DNA from: Acidobacteriota bacterium
GTDB lineage: Bacteria; Acidobacteriota; Thermoanaerobaculia; Multivoradales; UBA5704
NCBI GenBank assembly: GCA_034666985.1
Contig: JAXDKS010000012.1
Span: 23,714 to 87,713 of the forward strand
Direction of reading: 5' to 3'
DNA length: 64,000 nucleotides
A program made the translations under genes and the position numbers. The notes below the pieces were generated by a model. The model was not told the origin of the DNA and ran no database searches. It saw nothing but the letters and a program-made list of their open reading frames with translations. Below, piece by piece: positions 18,601 through 28,000 of the stretch; position 1 is the stretch's first letter, and the number at the start of each line of letters is the position of its first letter.

Positions 18601-18741
18601 CCCCTCCCTCCCGACGAACACGGACGAGCAGGGACGAACACGGACGAGCAGGACAGCTCGGACAGTCACGTAGGATGCGCTGTTGCGCACCGTGATCGTC
18701 CGTGATTGTCCGTGCTCGTCCGTGTTCGTCGGAAGGGAGGG
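18601..18741. repeat. ~140-bp imperfect palindrome / long stem-loop between convergent genes
   Basis: Left arm ccctccctcccgacgaacacggacgagcag (18601-18631). The right arm gctcgtccgtgttcgtcggaagggaggggg (18711-18740) is its reverse complement with one mismatch. Inner direct and inverted copies of ggacgaacacggacgagcagg are present. Confidence 0.7.
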
Positions 18742-18751
18742 GGTGAGGGGA

Positions 18752-20707
18752 CTACTTCCGCCGGCGCCGGCGGCGCTTCCGTTTCCGGGGTCCGGTGCCG
18801 CTGCCTGCAACCCCCTCGGCTCCTTCAGCGCCTTCGGTGGCCTCCTCGGGGCCGTCCTCGAAATCGTCGTCCGGCCCTTCGTCGTCCCCCTCGTCGAAGA
18901 AGGGCTCTCCGGGCTCGCCGGCCGCTTCGCGCTCTTCGACGACCAGGGAAACGGCAGCCTGCTCTCCCGCTTCGACCTCCTGGGTGCCGTTGCCGTTCTC
19001 GCCGGGAGCCTTCCGCTTGCGCTTGCGGCCACCGCGACGGCGGCGCTTGCGCTTGCTGAGGGAGCCCGCTTCGCCGGCCGTCCCGGCCTCGCCCTCCTCG
19101 CGGTCTCCAGCCTCGGCGGCCTCGCCGGTCTCGAAGTCGTCCTCTTCCTCGTCCTCCTCGTCCTCGGGCAGGGCGAGGTCCCAGGCCTGGAGGGTGACGG
19201 GCACGGGCTTCTGCTTCACGGGATGGCGCGGGGGCTTCTCCCGCTTCTGCCACTCGATCCGCTCGTCGGGACGGTGGAGGCCGGCCGTGGCGATGATCTC
19301 GATCCGGATGTCGAACTCCTCCTCGATCGAGGCCAGCTCCTGCCGGTAGTGGTTCTGGAGGGCGTCGGCCAGCTCCGGGTGGAGGCCGATCTTCACCCCC
19401 TGGATGGCGCCGGCGGCGGCGCGGGCTTCGATGCGCCGCAACAGCGACAGGCTGACCATCTCCTCGCTCGCCAGACGCCCCGAGCCGCTGCAGGTGGGGC
19501 AGGGGCGATGGGTGCGGAGCTGAAGGGCCTGCTGGATACGCTGGCGGTTGATCTCCAGCAGGCCGTTGGCGCTGATGCGCCCCACGCTGGAGCGCGCCTT
19601 GTCCGCCTTCATGGCGTCTTTGACCGCCTTCTCGACCCGGCGCTGGTTCTTCGAGGCGCGCATGTCGATGAAGTCGACGACGACGATGCCGCCGAGGTCG
19701 CGCAGCCGGAGCTGGCGGGCCACCTCGCCGGCGGCTTCGAGATTGGTGTGGAGGGCGGTCTCCTCCTGGGTAGCGGCGCGGGTCGAGCGGCCGGAGTTGA
19801 CGTCGATGGCGGTCAGCGCCTCGGTGGCGTCGATGACGATCGAGCCGCCGCTCTGCAGCTCCACCCGGCGCTCGTAGATGCGGTCGATCTGCGGCTCGAG
19901 GTCGTAGCGGCTGAAGAGCGGCAACCGGTCCGAGTAGCGGATCAGGCGCGTCTTCGAGCGCGGCATGAAGGCCATGAGGTAGGCCTCGGCCTTCTGGAAC
20001 GCCTCGTCGTCGTCGATCAGGACCTCCTCGATGCTGGTATCCAGGTAGTCCCGCAGCGCCTGGAGGATGAGGTCCTGGTCGGTGTACAGGAGCCGTGTGC
20101 CCTTGCCCTGGATGGCCGCCGCCTGCACCCGTTTCCACAGCCGCAGCAGGGCGGCGAGGTCGCGGGCCAGCGTCGTCTTGGTCTGGTCCAGGGCGTTGGT
20201 GCGCAGGATGACGCCGCAGCCGTCGGGGAGGTCGAGGCCGTTGGCCATCCCCTTGAGCTTCTTGCGCGTGTCCTCGTCCTCGACCTTGCGCGACACGCCG
20301 CGGGTGTCGTCGAAGGGAGTCAGCACGAGGTAGCGGCCGGCGAGGGAGAGGCTGGTGGTGAGGGCCGCCCCCTTGGTGCCCATGGGGTCCTTGGCGACCT
20401 GGACGACGATGGGCTTGCCCTTCTCCAGCACCTCGTCGATGCGGGGGTGGCCGTGATGGGGCTGCTTGTAGAAGGCCTCGGGGACGACGTCCTGGATGGC
20501 CAGGAAGCCGTGCCGCTCGACGCCGTAGTCGATGAACGCCGCATTCAGGCTGGGCTGGATACTGGCGATGACGCCGCGGTAGATGTTGCCGCGGGTCAGG
20601 TCCGACTCGGCGACGTCCACCTTGTAGTTTTCCAGGACGTTCCCCTGGACGATGGCGATACGCAGCTCTTCCGGCCGCTGCGCGTTGATCAGCATTCTGC
20701 GAGTCAA
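18752..20707 (-). CDS. rne: ribonuclease E/G family endoribonuclease (short RNase E with Arg-rich/acidic tail)
   Basis: The N-terminus M(T)RRMLINAQRPEELRIAIV matches the E. coli RNase E MKRMLINATQQEELRVALV. S1 and DNase-I-like catalytic domains are present. The C-terminus has an acidic/poly-Arg tail. Start is TTG at 20707 with a GGAGA SD, or ATG at 20695. Confidence 0.85.
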   Translation of the reverse strand: MTRRMLINAQRPEELRIAIVQGNVLENYKVDVAESDLTRGNIYRGVIASIQPSLNAAFIDYGVERHGFLAIQDVVPEAFYKQPHHGHPRIDEVLEKGKPIVVQVAKDPMGTKGAALTTSLSLAGRYLVLTPFDDTRGVSRKVEDEDTRKKLKGMANGLDLPDGCGVILRTNALDQTKTTLARDLAALLRLWKRVQAAAIQGKGTRLLYTDQDLILQALRDYLDTSIEEVLIDDDEAFQKAEAYLMAFMPRSKTRLIRYSDRLPLFSRYDLEPQIDRIYERRVELQSGGSIVIDATEALTAIDVNSGRSTRAATQEETALHTNLEAAGEVARQLRLRDLGGIVVVDFIDMRASKNQRRVEKAVKDAMKADKARSSVGRISANGLLEINRQRIQQALQLRTHRPCPTCSGSGRLASEEMVSLSLLRRIEARAAAGAIQGVKIGLHPELADALQNHYRQELASIEEEFDIRIEIIATAGLHRPDERIEWQKREKPPRHPVKQKPVPVTLQAWDLALPEDEEDEEEDDFETGEAAEAGDREEGEAGTAGEAGSLSKRKRRRRGGRKRKRKAPGENGNGTQEVEAGEQAAVSLVVEEREAAGEPGEPFFDEGDDEGPDDDFEDGPEEATEGAEGAEGVAGSGTGPRKRKRRRRRRK

Positions 20708-21106
20708 GTTGTCTCCGATTGGCTAGAGCATGAAAGGGCAGGGGTAGGGGACGCGGAGTGGGGTAGACATCACTTGCGGGAGCGTATTCTGACGCAGGCC
20801 CTCGAATTCTGCAACCCCGGGGGCCAAAAGACGCCTAGAGCCACGACGCGGGGGGCCATTCCCCGATCTCCGCACCGGCCGCGGCCGCCAGCAGCCCGAA
20901 GGCGCGGACCATGCGCTGGAACGACCGGCAGCTCCGGTGAGCGGCGGCGAGGTCGAAGAGGGCGGTGAGGGCGGGCTGGTCCAGGGTTTCCCCATAGGAT
21001 CTGTTTTCCATGCAGGCTTCCAGTTTGGCTTTGGCTCCCCGCATCGACTCGGGTGCAGGATGGGACACCGCATCGCCGCGAATCCCGCGTTGGCCCCTTA
21101 GAGACT
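20708..21106 (-). promoter_or_regulatory. long (~400 nt) leader/promoter region upstream of rne
   Basis: This is the non-coding stretch between the rne start and the upstream module. rne genes classically carry long structured autoregulatory 5' UTRs. Only spurious overlapping ORFs fall here. Confidence 0.4.
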
Positions 21107-21454
21107 CTATCGCCCCAAGAACCAAGCCTCGTATTCGTGATAAGGAATGACGACCTCGCACGGGATGGGTCCAGCTTCGGACTGAGCCCAGGCCGTGACC
21201 TTCGGTGCAAGCTCGCGGGGGCAGTCTCTGTCTCCATCGAATAGGATCAGGATTCCGTCACAGCCGTTCACTCTCCTCATGGCTGCTCGAACCGCTTTGC
21301 GGAGCGGCCCTTCAGTTGCCAAGTCCGAACGGTGCCGGCGTATTGGGTGATCGAAGCTGAGGCCAAAGGTCCCGCATTCTCGTTGGAACCTTCGGAGCAG
21401 CTCAGGGAGCGCTCTTTCGTCCCCCTGCCCTTCGACGATGAGTTGAAATATCAA
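21107..21454 (-). CDS. small TOPRIM-like (DUF4276-like) protein, putative nuclease partner of upstream ATPase
   Basis: The N-terminal MIFQLIVEGQGDE supplies a conserved Glu on strand 1, and ILILFDGDRD supplies DxD, giving the TOPRIM Glu-DxD signature. 115 aa. TTG start overlaps the ATPase stop (TTGA). Lower GC. Confidence 0.6.
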   Translation of the reverse strand: MIFQLIVEGQGDERALPELLRRFQRECGTFGLSFDHPIRRHRSDLATEGPLRKAVRAAMRRVNGCDGILILFDGDRDCPRELAPKVTAWAQSEAGPIPCEVVIPYHEYEAWFLGR

Positions 21455-22656
21455 GACAGAGGGCCGAAAAGATCGAGCTCTCCGCTGAACCTTGGCGAAG
21501 AATCGATATCGAGGAGGTTGGAGCGCAACATCTCTCCCGCTCCCATCAGATGTTCCTGAAGGGCCTCTCGCGGGGCTCTTCCGATAAGCGAGACGCGTGA
21601 GGCACCGTCATCCCAATACACCACACGCAAGTTTCGGTCCTCAATCCAACTCGCTGAGTCGAGCAGCTCGGGGCTGTGAGTCGTGATCACCGCCTGCGAG
21701 CAGCGGCTGATATTCCTGATCAAATCCAGAATGATTCCCAGGGCGCCAGGATGAATCGTGGCTTCAGGATCTTCGAGGGCGATCAGCGACGGAGTAGGTC
21801 TCTGGTACGCTGCGAGCAGCAGACCCAGGGTGCGCAGAGCGCCGTCTGACATGCTGAGCGCGCTCAGGGTGATCGGCTCTTTCGTTCTCCCCTCTTCCAC
21901 GAATTCCAGCCAAAGCTTGTCCCCGACCTCAACGGGGTGCACTTCCGTCCTATAGGGCAACAAGACGCTCATGAATTCGTTGATCTCCGAGAAGTCCTCC
22001 GGGAATTCACTCCTGAGAGACAGGAGCACGCTGGCCGCATTGCTGCCATCAGCTTTCAGCCTGGAGTTTCCATTCGGTTCCTGCATCTGGCGCAGCTTGG
22101 CGGGCTCGATCGAGTAAGCCAGCATCGCTGCGATCGTACGAACGACGGGAGCGAATGCCTTATGGCCGCCCACGAGTGGCAGGACCAGGGAGCTGGAATG
22201 CGTCAGCGGAATCAAATTTGCGAAGCTTGAGTCCGAAACTGAGCCGTGGATTGGATCTTCGGTGCGAGCAAAATAGATCCGGCCCTCTGAGCCCATGATG
22301 ACGCACTGCTCCCGCGTCACTTGGAACCCCCTCTGTGGCAAGGCCTGAACCTCGAATCCATACTGTGCCGACGAGATCTCCTCGGAAGGAATCTCAAGCT
22401 CCAAGGCAAGCCCGAAGCCGGAGGCGCCGGCGGCGGAAGGGGGCCGGTGACAGAGAGCGGAAATTCCTCCTCTGCGAGTGATGACCGAGTTGAGCGGGGA
22501 GGTCATGGCCTCGGCCATGAACGCCAATGCGTCGACCAGGTTGCTTTTTCCCGCCCCGTTCCGCCCCACAAAGAAAGTCGGGTTATCGAGCTCGATCCGT
22601 GCCGAGTCGAAACTGCGGAATCCCTTGAGGGTCAGACTACGTACGACAGGTCTCAC
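21451..22656 (-). CDS. ABC-type / AAA_21-like ATPase (OLD/SMC-like)
   Basis: Walker A GRNGAGKSN, Walker B LIALEDPE, Q-loop and H-loop (ITTHSPELL). GTG start at 22656 with a GGAGGA SD. About 55% GC against ~70% for the genome. Confidence 0.7.
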   Translation of the reverse strand: MRPVVRSLTLKGFRSFDSARIELDNPTFFVGRNGAGKSNLVDALAFMAEAMTSPLNSVITRRGGISALCHRPPSAAGASGFGLALELEIPSEEISSAQYGFEVQALPQRGFQVTREQCVIMGSEGRIYFARTEDPIHGSVSDSSFANLIPLTHSSSLVLPLVGGHKAFAPVVRTIAAMLAYSIEPAKLRQMQEPNGNSRLKADGSNAASVLLSLRSEFPEDFSEINEFMSVLLPYRTEVHPVEVGDKLWLEFVEEGRTKEPITLSALSMSDGALRTLGLLLAAYQRPTPSLIALEDPEATIHPGALGIILDLIRNISRCSQAVITTHSPELLDSASWIEDRNLRVVYWDDGASRVSLIGRAPREALQEHLMGAGEMLRSNLLDIDSSPRFSGELDLFGPLS

Positions 22657-22761
22657 AGATTGTCCTCCAAATTCGCAGTATAGCGTCCGGATGCTTGTTC
22701 TGCCACCTTTTGCTAGACTCCCCCCAACCGTCCGCCTCCGGGCCGGCGGCCCAGGAGCCTC

Positions 22762-24318
22762 ATGAAGCACTACGACGTCATCATCCTCGGCGGCGCGTTC
22801 AGCGGCGCTTCGGCGGCCATCCTGCTGCGGCGGGACCGGCCGGACCTCTCCGTGCTCATCGTCGAGAAGGCCGTGGCGTTCGACGCCAAGGTGGGGGAGG
22901 CGACGACGGAGATGTCGGGGATGTTCCTCACCCGGCGGCTCGCCCAGTGGCAGCACCTGGAGCGGGAGCACCTGCCCAAGGAGGGGCTGCGCTACTGGTG
23001 GCACAACGAGCACGTCCACTGCCACGCCGAGGCGAGCGAGGCCGGGGCCTTCCAGCGCAGCACCACCCCGTCCTTCCAGCTCCGCCGCGACACGCTGGAC
23101 GAGCACCTGCTGGCCACGGCGGTGGCGGAGGGGGCCGAGCTCCTGCGGCCGGTCCGGGTGCGGGAGGTGGAGCTGGGGGAATTCGATCACCGGGTGACCC
23201 TGGAGAGAGAGGGGGGCGAAGAGGAGGCCGTCGCCTGCCGCTGGGTGCTGGATGCCACCGGGCGGGCCACCTTCCTCGGCAAGCGCCTGGGCCTCATCGA
23301 GCGCAACCGCGAGCACCCCACGGCCGCCATCTGGTGCCGCTGGGAAGGGGTACGCCACCTCGACGACGTCGCCGCCCGGGGCCCTCTCGCCTTCTCCCGT
23401 GGCAACGTCACCTCCCGCCGGCTCGCCACCAATCACTACATGGGGTTCGGCTACTGGGTCTGGTTCATCCCCCTGGGCAACGGCGAGACCTCGATCGGGG
23501 TGGTCTTCGACATGCGCCTGGTGGATCTCGACCGGGGGAAGAACCTGGCGAGCGACTACGTGGCCTTCCTGAAGGCGATCCCCGCCGCGGCCGAGCTGCT
23601 GGAGGGGGCGCAGATGAAGGCCGAGGATCTGCGGACCTTCTCCAATCTGGCCTACGTCACCCGCCAGTACATGGGGAGCGGCTGGGCCCTGATGGGCGAC
23701 GCGGCGGCGTTCCTCGATCCCTACTACTCGCCGGGGCTGGACCACGCCTCGTTCTCCGTCGAGGCCACGGTGGAGATCGTCAAGGCCCAGACGGCGGGCG
23801 AGCTGGCGGGGGAGGCCCTGGCGGCCCGCATCGCCGAGCACAACGCGACCTTCCTGCGCTCGTACCACCGCTTCTTCCAGGCCGTCTATCAGGACAAGTA
23901 TTACTACATGGGCGAGCACGACCTGCTGTCGGCCTCGTTCCTCATCGACACGGCGCAGTACTACATCTTCGTGGTCATTCCTGCCTACCGGCTGTTCGGG
24001 AAGTTCCACTGGATGCCGGTCCTCGGCCCCAAGCCGGCGTTCTTCAGCTATCACATGATGCGGATCTACAACCGGCGCTTCAAGGCGATCGCGCTCGCCC
24101 GCCGCGCCGCAGGCGAGGCGGGCCGGCGCAACCACGGCCGGCGGGTGAAGGTCCTCTTCGACCTCAAGGTCGCCCCCTTCCACATGGCTGCCCGGGGCGT
24201 CAAGCTCTGGGCCTGGGCGGAGCTGGACAACGTCCGGCTGTCGCTGAAGCGGCTGTTCGGGCGTCGGCCAGCGGCGGCCCCGGCAGAGATCCCGAAGATC
24301 CCAGTCAAAGAGAGCTGA
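22762..24318 (+). CDS. flavin-dependent halogenase-family (tryptophan-halogenase-like) FAD oxidoreductase
   Basis: N-terminal dinucleotide-binding VIILGGAFSGA. The diagnostic WxWxIP motif appears as YWVWFIPL. C-terminal FLDPYYSPG (Fx.Px.Sx.G-like). AGGAG SD. Confidence 0.65.
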   Translation: MKHYDVIILGGAFSGASAAILLRRDRPDLSVLIVEKAVAFDAKVGEATTEMSGMFLTRRLAQWQHLEREHLPKEGLRYWWHNEHVHCHAEASEAGAFQRSTTPSFQLRRDTLDEHLLATAVAEGAELLRPVRVREVELGEFDHRVTLEREGGEEEAVACRWVLDATGRATFLGKRLGLIERNREHPTAAIWCRWEGVRHLDDVAARGPLAFSRGNVTSRRLATNHYMGFGYWVWFIPLGNGETSIGVVFDMRLVDLDRGKNLASDYVAFLKAIPAAAELLEGAQMKAEDLRTFSNLAYVTRQYMGSGWALMGDAAAFLDPYYSPGLDHASFSVEATVEIVKAQTAGELAGEALAARIAEHNATFLRSYHRFFQAVYQDKYYYMGEHDLLSASFLIDTAQYYIFVVIPAYRLFGKFHWMPVLGPKPAFFSYHMMRIYNRRFKAIALARRAAGEAGRRNHGRRVKVLFDLKVAPFHMAARGVKLWAWAELDNVRLSLKRLFGRRPAAAPAEIPKIPVKES

Positions 24319-24322
24319 GCGC

Positions 24323-24862
24323 CTAGAACAGCCCGAGCTCCAGCCGGGCGGCCTCGCTCATCATGTTCTGGCTCCACTGCGGATCGAAGACGATCTCGAC
24401 GTCCGCCTCGTCGATGCCCGGGAGGCGCTCGATCTTCTCCCGGACGTCCTGGGCGAGGACGGGCCCCATGCCGCAGCCGGGGGCGGTGAGGGTCATCTTG
24501 ACGTCCACCCGGCGGCCGCCCTCGGGCCGCTCCACCACCTCGCAGTTGTAGACCAGACCCAGATCCACGATGTTGACCGGGATCTCCGGGTCGAAGCAGG
24601 TCTTGAGCAGTGCCCATACCTGGTCTTCCAGAGGCGAGCCGGCGACGTCCGCGATGAGGTCGACCGCGTCCTTGCCGAGGGCGTCCGCGTCCCGGGAGTC
24701 GATGCGCAGCAGGTGGCCGCGGTCGGTCGCCACGGTGTAGGTGCCGCCCAGCGACTGGGTGATGCGGACCCGGGTGCCGGGGGAGAGGAGGGCCGGCGTC
24801 CCTTCGGGGATCTGGACGGCGCGGCACTCGCGGTTGACGACGGTGTACTCGGGGGCTTGCAT
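24323..24862 (-). CDS. SufT-like / DUF59 (MIP18-family) Fe-S cluster assembly protein
   Basis: N-terminal RECRAVQIPEGTPALLSPGTRVRITQSLGGTYTV with a C-terminal DUF59-like region (DPEIPVNIVDLGLVY...PGCG). About 179 aa. Confidence 0.55.
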   Translation of the reverse strand: MQAPEYTVVNRECRAVQIPEGTPALLSPGTRVRITQSLGGTYTVATDRGHLLRIDSRDADALGKDAVDLIADVAGSPLEDQVWALLKTCFDPEIPVNIVDLGLVYNCEVVERPEGGRRVDVKMTLTAPGCGMGPVLAQDVREKIERLPGIDEADVEIVFDPQWSQNMMSEAARLELGLF

Positions 24863-25025
24863 GAGATTGATGTTCAAACTCCAGTGCTGAGCTCCGGTGT
24901 GCCGGGGGGAACCCCCCCAGGGAGCCTCCGAGCTTAACATGGCGACGGTGAGGCACCAGTTTTGAATGCAAGAACGTGGGGAGACCCGCGTCCGCGTCTC
25001 CCGAGTCTCAACTGGAGGAGCCTCG

Positions 25026-28000
25026 ATGTCCGACTCTTTCCCCCTCCCTCTCCGCCGGGCCGCCCTTCCGCTGGCCATCGCGCTCGTCGCACTGACCGGC
25101 CTGCCGGGAGTCGCCTCCGCCCAGTACTTCGGCCGCAACAAGGTCGTCTACGAACAGTTCAAATGGCAGGTGCTCAAGACCGAGCACTTCGACATCCACT
25201 ACTACCCCGAGGAGGAGCCGGCCACCCAGGAGGCCGCCCGCCTGGCGGAGCGCTGGTACGCCCGGCTCTCCTCCATCTTCGGGCGCGAATTTACCGAGCG
25301 GAAGACCATTATCTTCTATGCCGATCAGGCCGACTTCCAGCAGACGACGGTGACCCGAGGGCTGATCGGCGAAGGGACCGGCGGCTTCACCGAAGGGCTG
25401 CGCACGCGCGTGGTCCTCCCCTTCACCGGCGACTTCGAGGACACCGATCACGTCCTCGGCCACGAGCTGACCCACGTCTTCCAGTACGACATCCTCAACG
25501 ACCGCAAGGGCCGCGAGCAGGGGACCCTCGTCCGCAGCGCGCCCGTGGATCTGCCCCTGTGGTTCGTCGAGGGCATGGCCGAGTACCTGTCCCTCGGGCG
25601 CTTCGCCCCGCAGACGGCCATGTACCTGCGTGACGCCCAAGCCCGCGACGTCCTGCCGGACCTCAACAAGCTCTCCCGCGATCCCCGCTACTTCCCTTAT
25701 CGCTGGGGCCACGCCTTCTGGGCCTACGTCGGCGGCCGCTGGGGGGACGCCGTGGTCGGCCGCCTGTTCGCCAGGGCCACCCGCTCCGGCATCGAAAGCG
25801 CTCTGCAGGAGGTGCTGGGCACGGACATCAAGCAGTTCTCCGAGGACTGGAAGGGGGCCATCCGAGCGGCCTACGGTCCGGTCACCGAGGGACGGCAGAC
25901 GCCGGCGGTGCTCGGTAAAAAACTCCTGCCCAGGGAGCAGAAGACGATCGACACCTACGTCTCGCCGGTGTTGAGCCCGGACGGCAGCCAGTTCGCCGTG
26001 TTCTCCACCCGCAGCCTGTTCAGCTTCGACCTCTATCTGGCGGACGCCAAGACCGGGGAGCTCAAGGGCAAGCTGTTCTCGGCCGACTCCGATCCCCACC
26101 TCGACTCGCTGCGCTTCCTCGATTCGGCCGGCGCCTGGTCGCCGGACGGCACGAAGTTCGCCCTGGTGGTGCAGACCAAGGGGGATAACGAGCTCGCCAT
26201 CCTCGACGTGCACTCCCGCCGCATCGAGCGGCAGATCGGTGTTCCCGAAGCAGGGCAGCTCTGGAATCCGGCCTGGTCGCCGGACGGCCGCTCCATCGCC
26301 CTCTCGGGCTCGGTGGGGGGATGGACGGATCTCTTCCTCGTCGACCTGGAGAGCGGCCGGTCACGGCGGCTGACGCAGGACCCCTACTCCCAGTTCCAGC
26401 CCGAGTGGTCGCCGGACGGCAAGAGCCTCGCCTACATCTCCGACCGGGCCTCCGGGGGAGATCCGGCCAACCGGGGTTATTCCGACGTGGGCATCTGGCT
26501 CCTGGACGTGGCGAGTGGCCAGAGCCGCCAGGTGGTGGCGCCGATGACCGGCGCGACGCAGATCAATCCCCGCTTCGGTCCGGGCGGCCAGGACCTCTAC
26601 TTCCTCTCGGACCGCGCCGGCGTGAGCGATCTCTACCGGCTGAGCCTGGGCAGCAACGAGCTCTTCCGCGTCACCCGGGCCGCCACCGGTGTCGCGGGCA
26701 TCACCCGCCTGTCGCCGGCCCTCTCGGTGTCGCAGCGCACGGGTGAGGTCCTGATCTCGGTGTTCACCGACGAGCGCTACGAGGTGCACGCGATCGACGC
26801 CCAGACGGCCAAGGGAGAGGCGGTGGTGGCGACGCGGGACGAGGCGGCCGAGGCCCGGGCGGCCCTGCTGCCGCCCCAGCAGCCGCAGACCCGGAGCCTG
26901 GTGGCGGATTACCTGCAGCAGCGCTTCCTCCCGGCCGAGCCGGCCAGCCAGACGCCGACCGAGCAGGCGTACCGCCCGCGCTACAAGCTCGACTGGGTGG
27001 GCCCGAGCATCGGGGTGGGCTACAGCACCACCTACGGCACGGGGGTGGGCGGCGACGTCGCGGCCATCTTCAGCGATGAGCTGGGCCAGCACGAGATCGG
27101 CTTCGCCATCCAGGGCGAGACCGGCTCCGGCACGTTCAGCGAAATCGGCTTCCAGGGCTACTACCTGAACCTGGGCCGCCGCCTCAACTGGGGCGGCGCC
27201 GTGAGCCGCGTCCCCTACGTCACGGGCTTCACCACGGTGACCAACGGCACCGTGGATACCGGCGGCGGCACCCTGGTGCCGGCCACCATCGTCCAGCAGG
27301 AGCGGGACATCATCACTGAGAACCGGGCGGACTTCATCACCCAGTACCCGTTCTCCACCACCCAGCGCATCGAAGCCTCGGCCGGCGTCACCCGCATCGA
27401 CTTCGACAGCCAGCTCGAGACGGTGACCCTGGTCGGCGACGCCATCGTGGACGACACGCGGCATCACCTGCCGACCGTGAGCGGGCTGCAGCTCTACCAG
27501 GGCTCCGTCGCCTTCGTAGGCGACAGCAGCTACTACGGCTTCACCGCGCCGGTCCGGGGCCGCCGCTACCGCATCGGGGTGGAGCCCACCTTCGGCGACC
27601 TCCAGTTCCAATCCGTGACGGCGGACTACCGGCGCTACTTCTTCCTGCGGCCCGTGACCCTGGCGGTGCGGGGTCTGCACTTCGGCCGCTATGGCCGGGA
27701 CGCGGAGAGCGGCCGCCTGAGCGCTCTCTACATCGGCGAGCCCACCCTAGTGCGCGGCTACGAGTTCGGCGACATCGGCCTGTCGGAGTGCACGCCGGTG
27801 CCGGGCAACACCTCGGCCTGTCCCGAGTTCGACCGCCTGGTGGGGAGCCGCCTGGCGGTGGCCAACCTCGAGCTGAGGGTGCCGCTGCTGGGCGTTCCCG
27901 GCTACGGCCTCATCAAGGCCTCGTTCCTGCCCACCGACCTGGCGTTCTTCGTCGATGCCGGCACGGCCTGGAGCAAGGGCACGAGCCCCACGCTGCGTTT

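Noticed and set aside
20835-21161. 108-aa ORF (possible 58-aa protein from MENR...) in the rne upstream region
   Set aside because: No SD. It overlaps the TOPRIM gene 3' end and the presumed rne leader. It was kept out of the feature list.
21451-24183. 910-aa minus-strand ORF suggested by the track
   Set aside because: Only the 3' 1.2 kb (21451-22656, the ATPase) is real. The 5' 1.5 kb is antisense to the halogenase gene. A GTG with GGAGGA SD at 22656 marks the true start.
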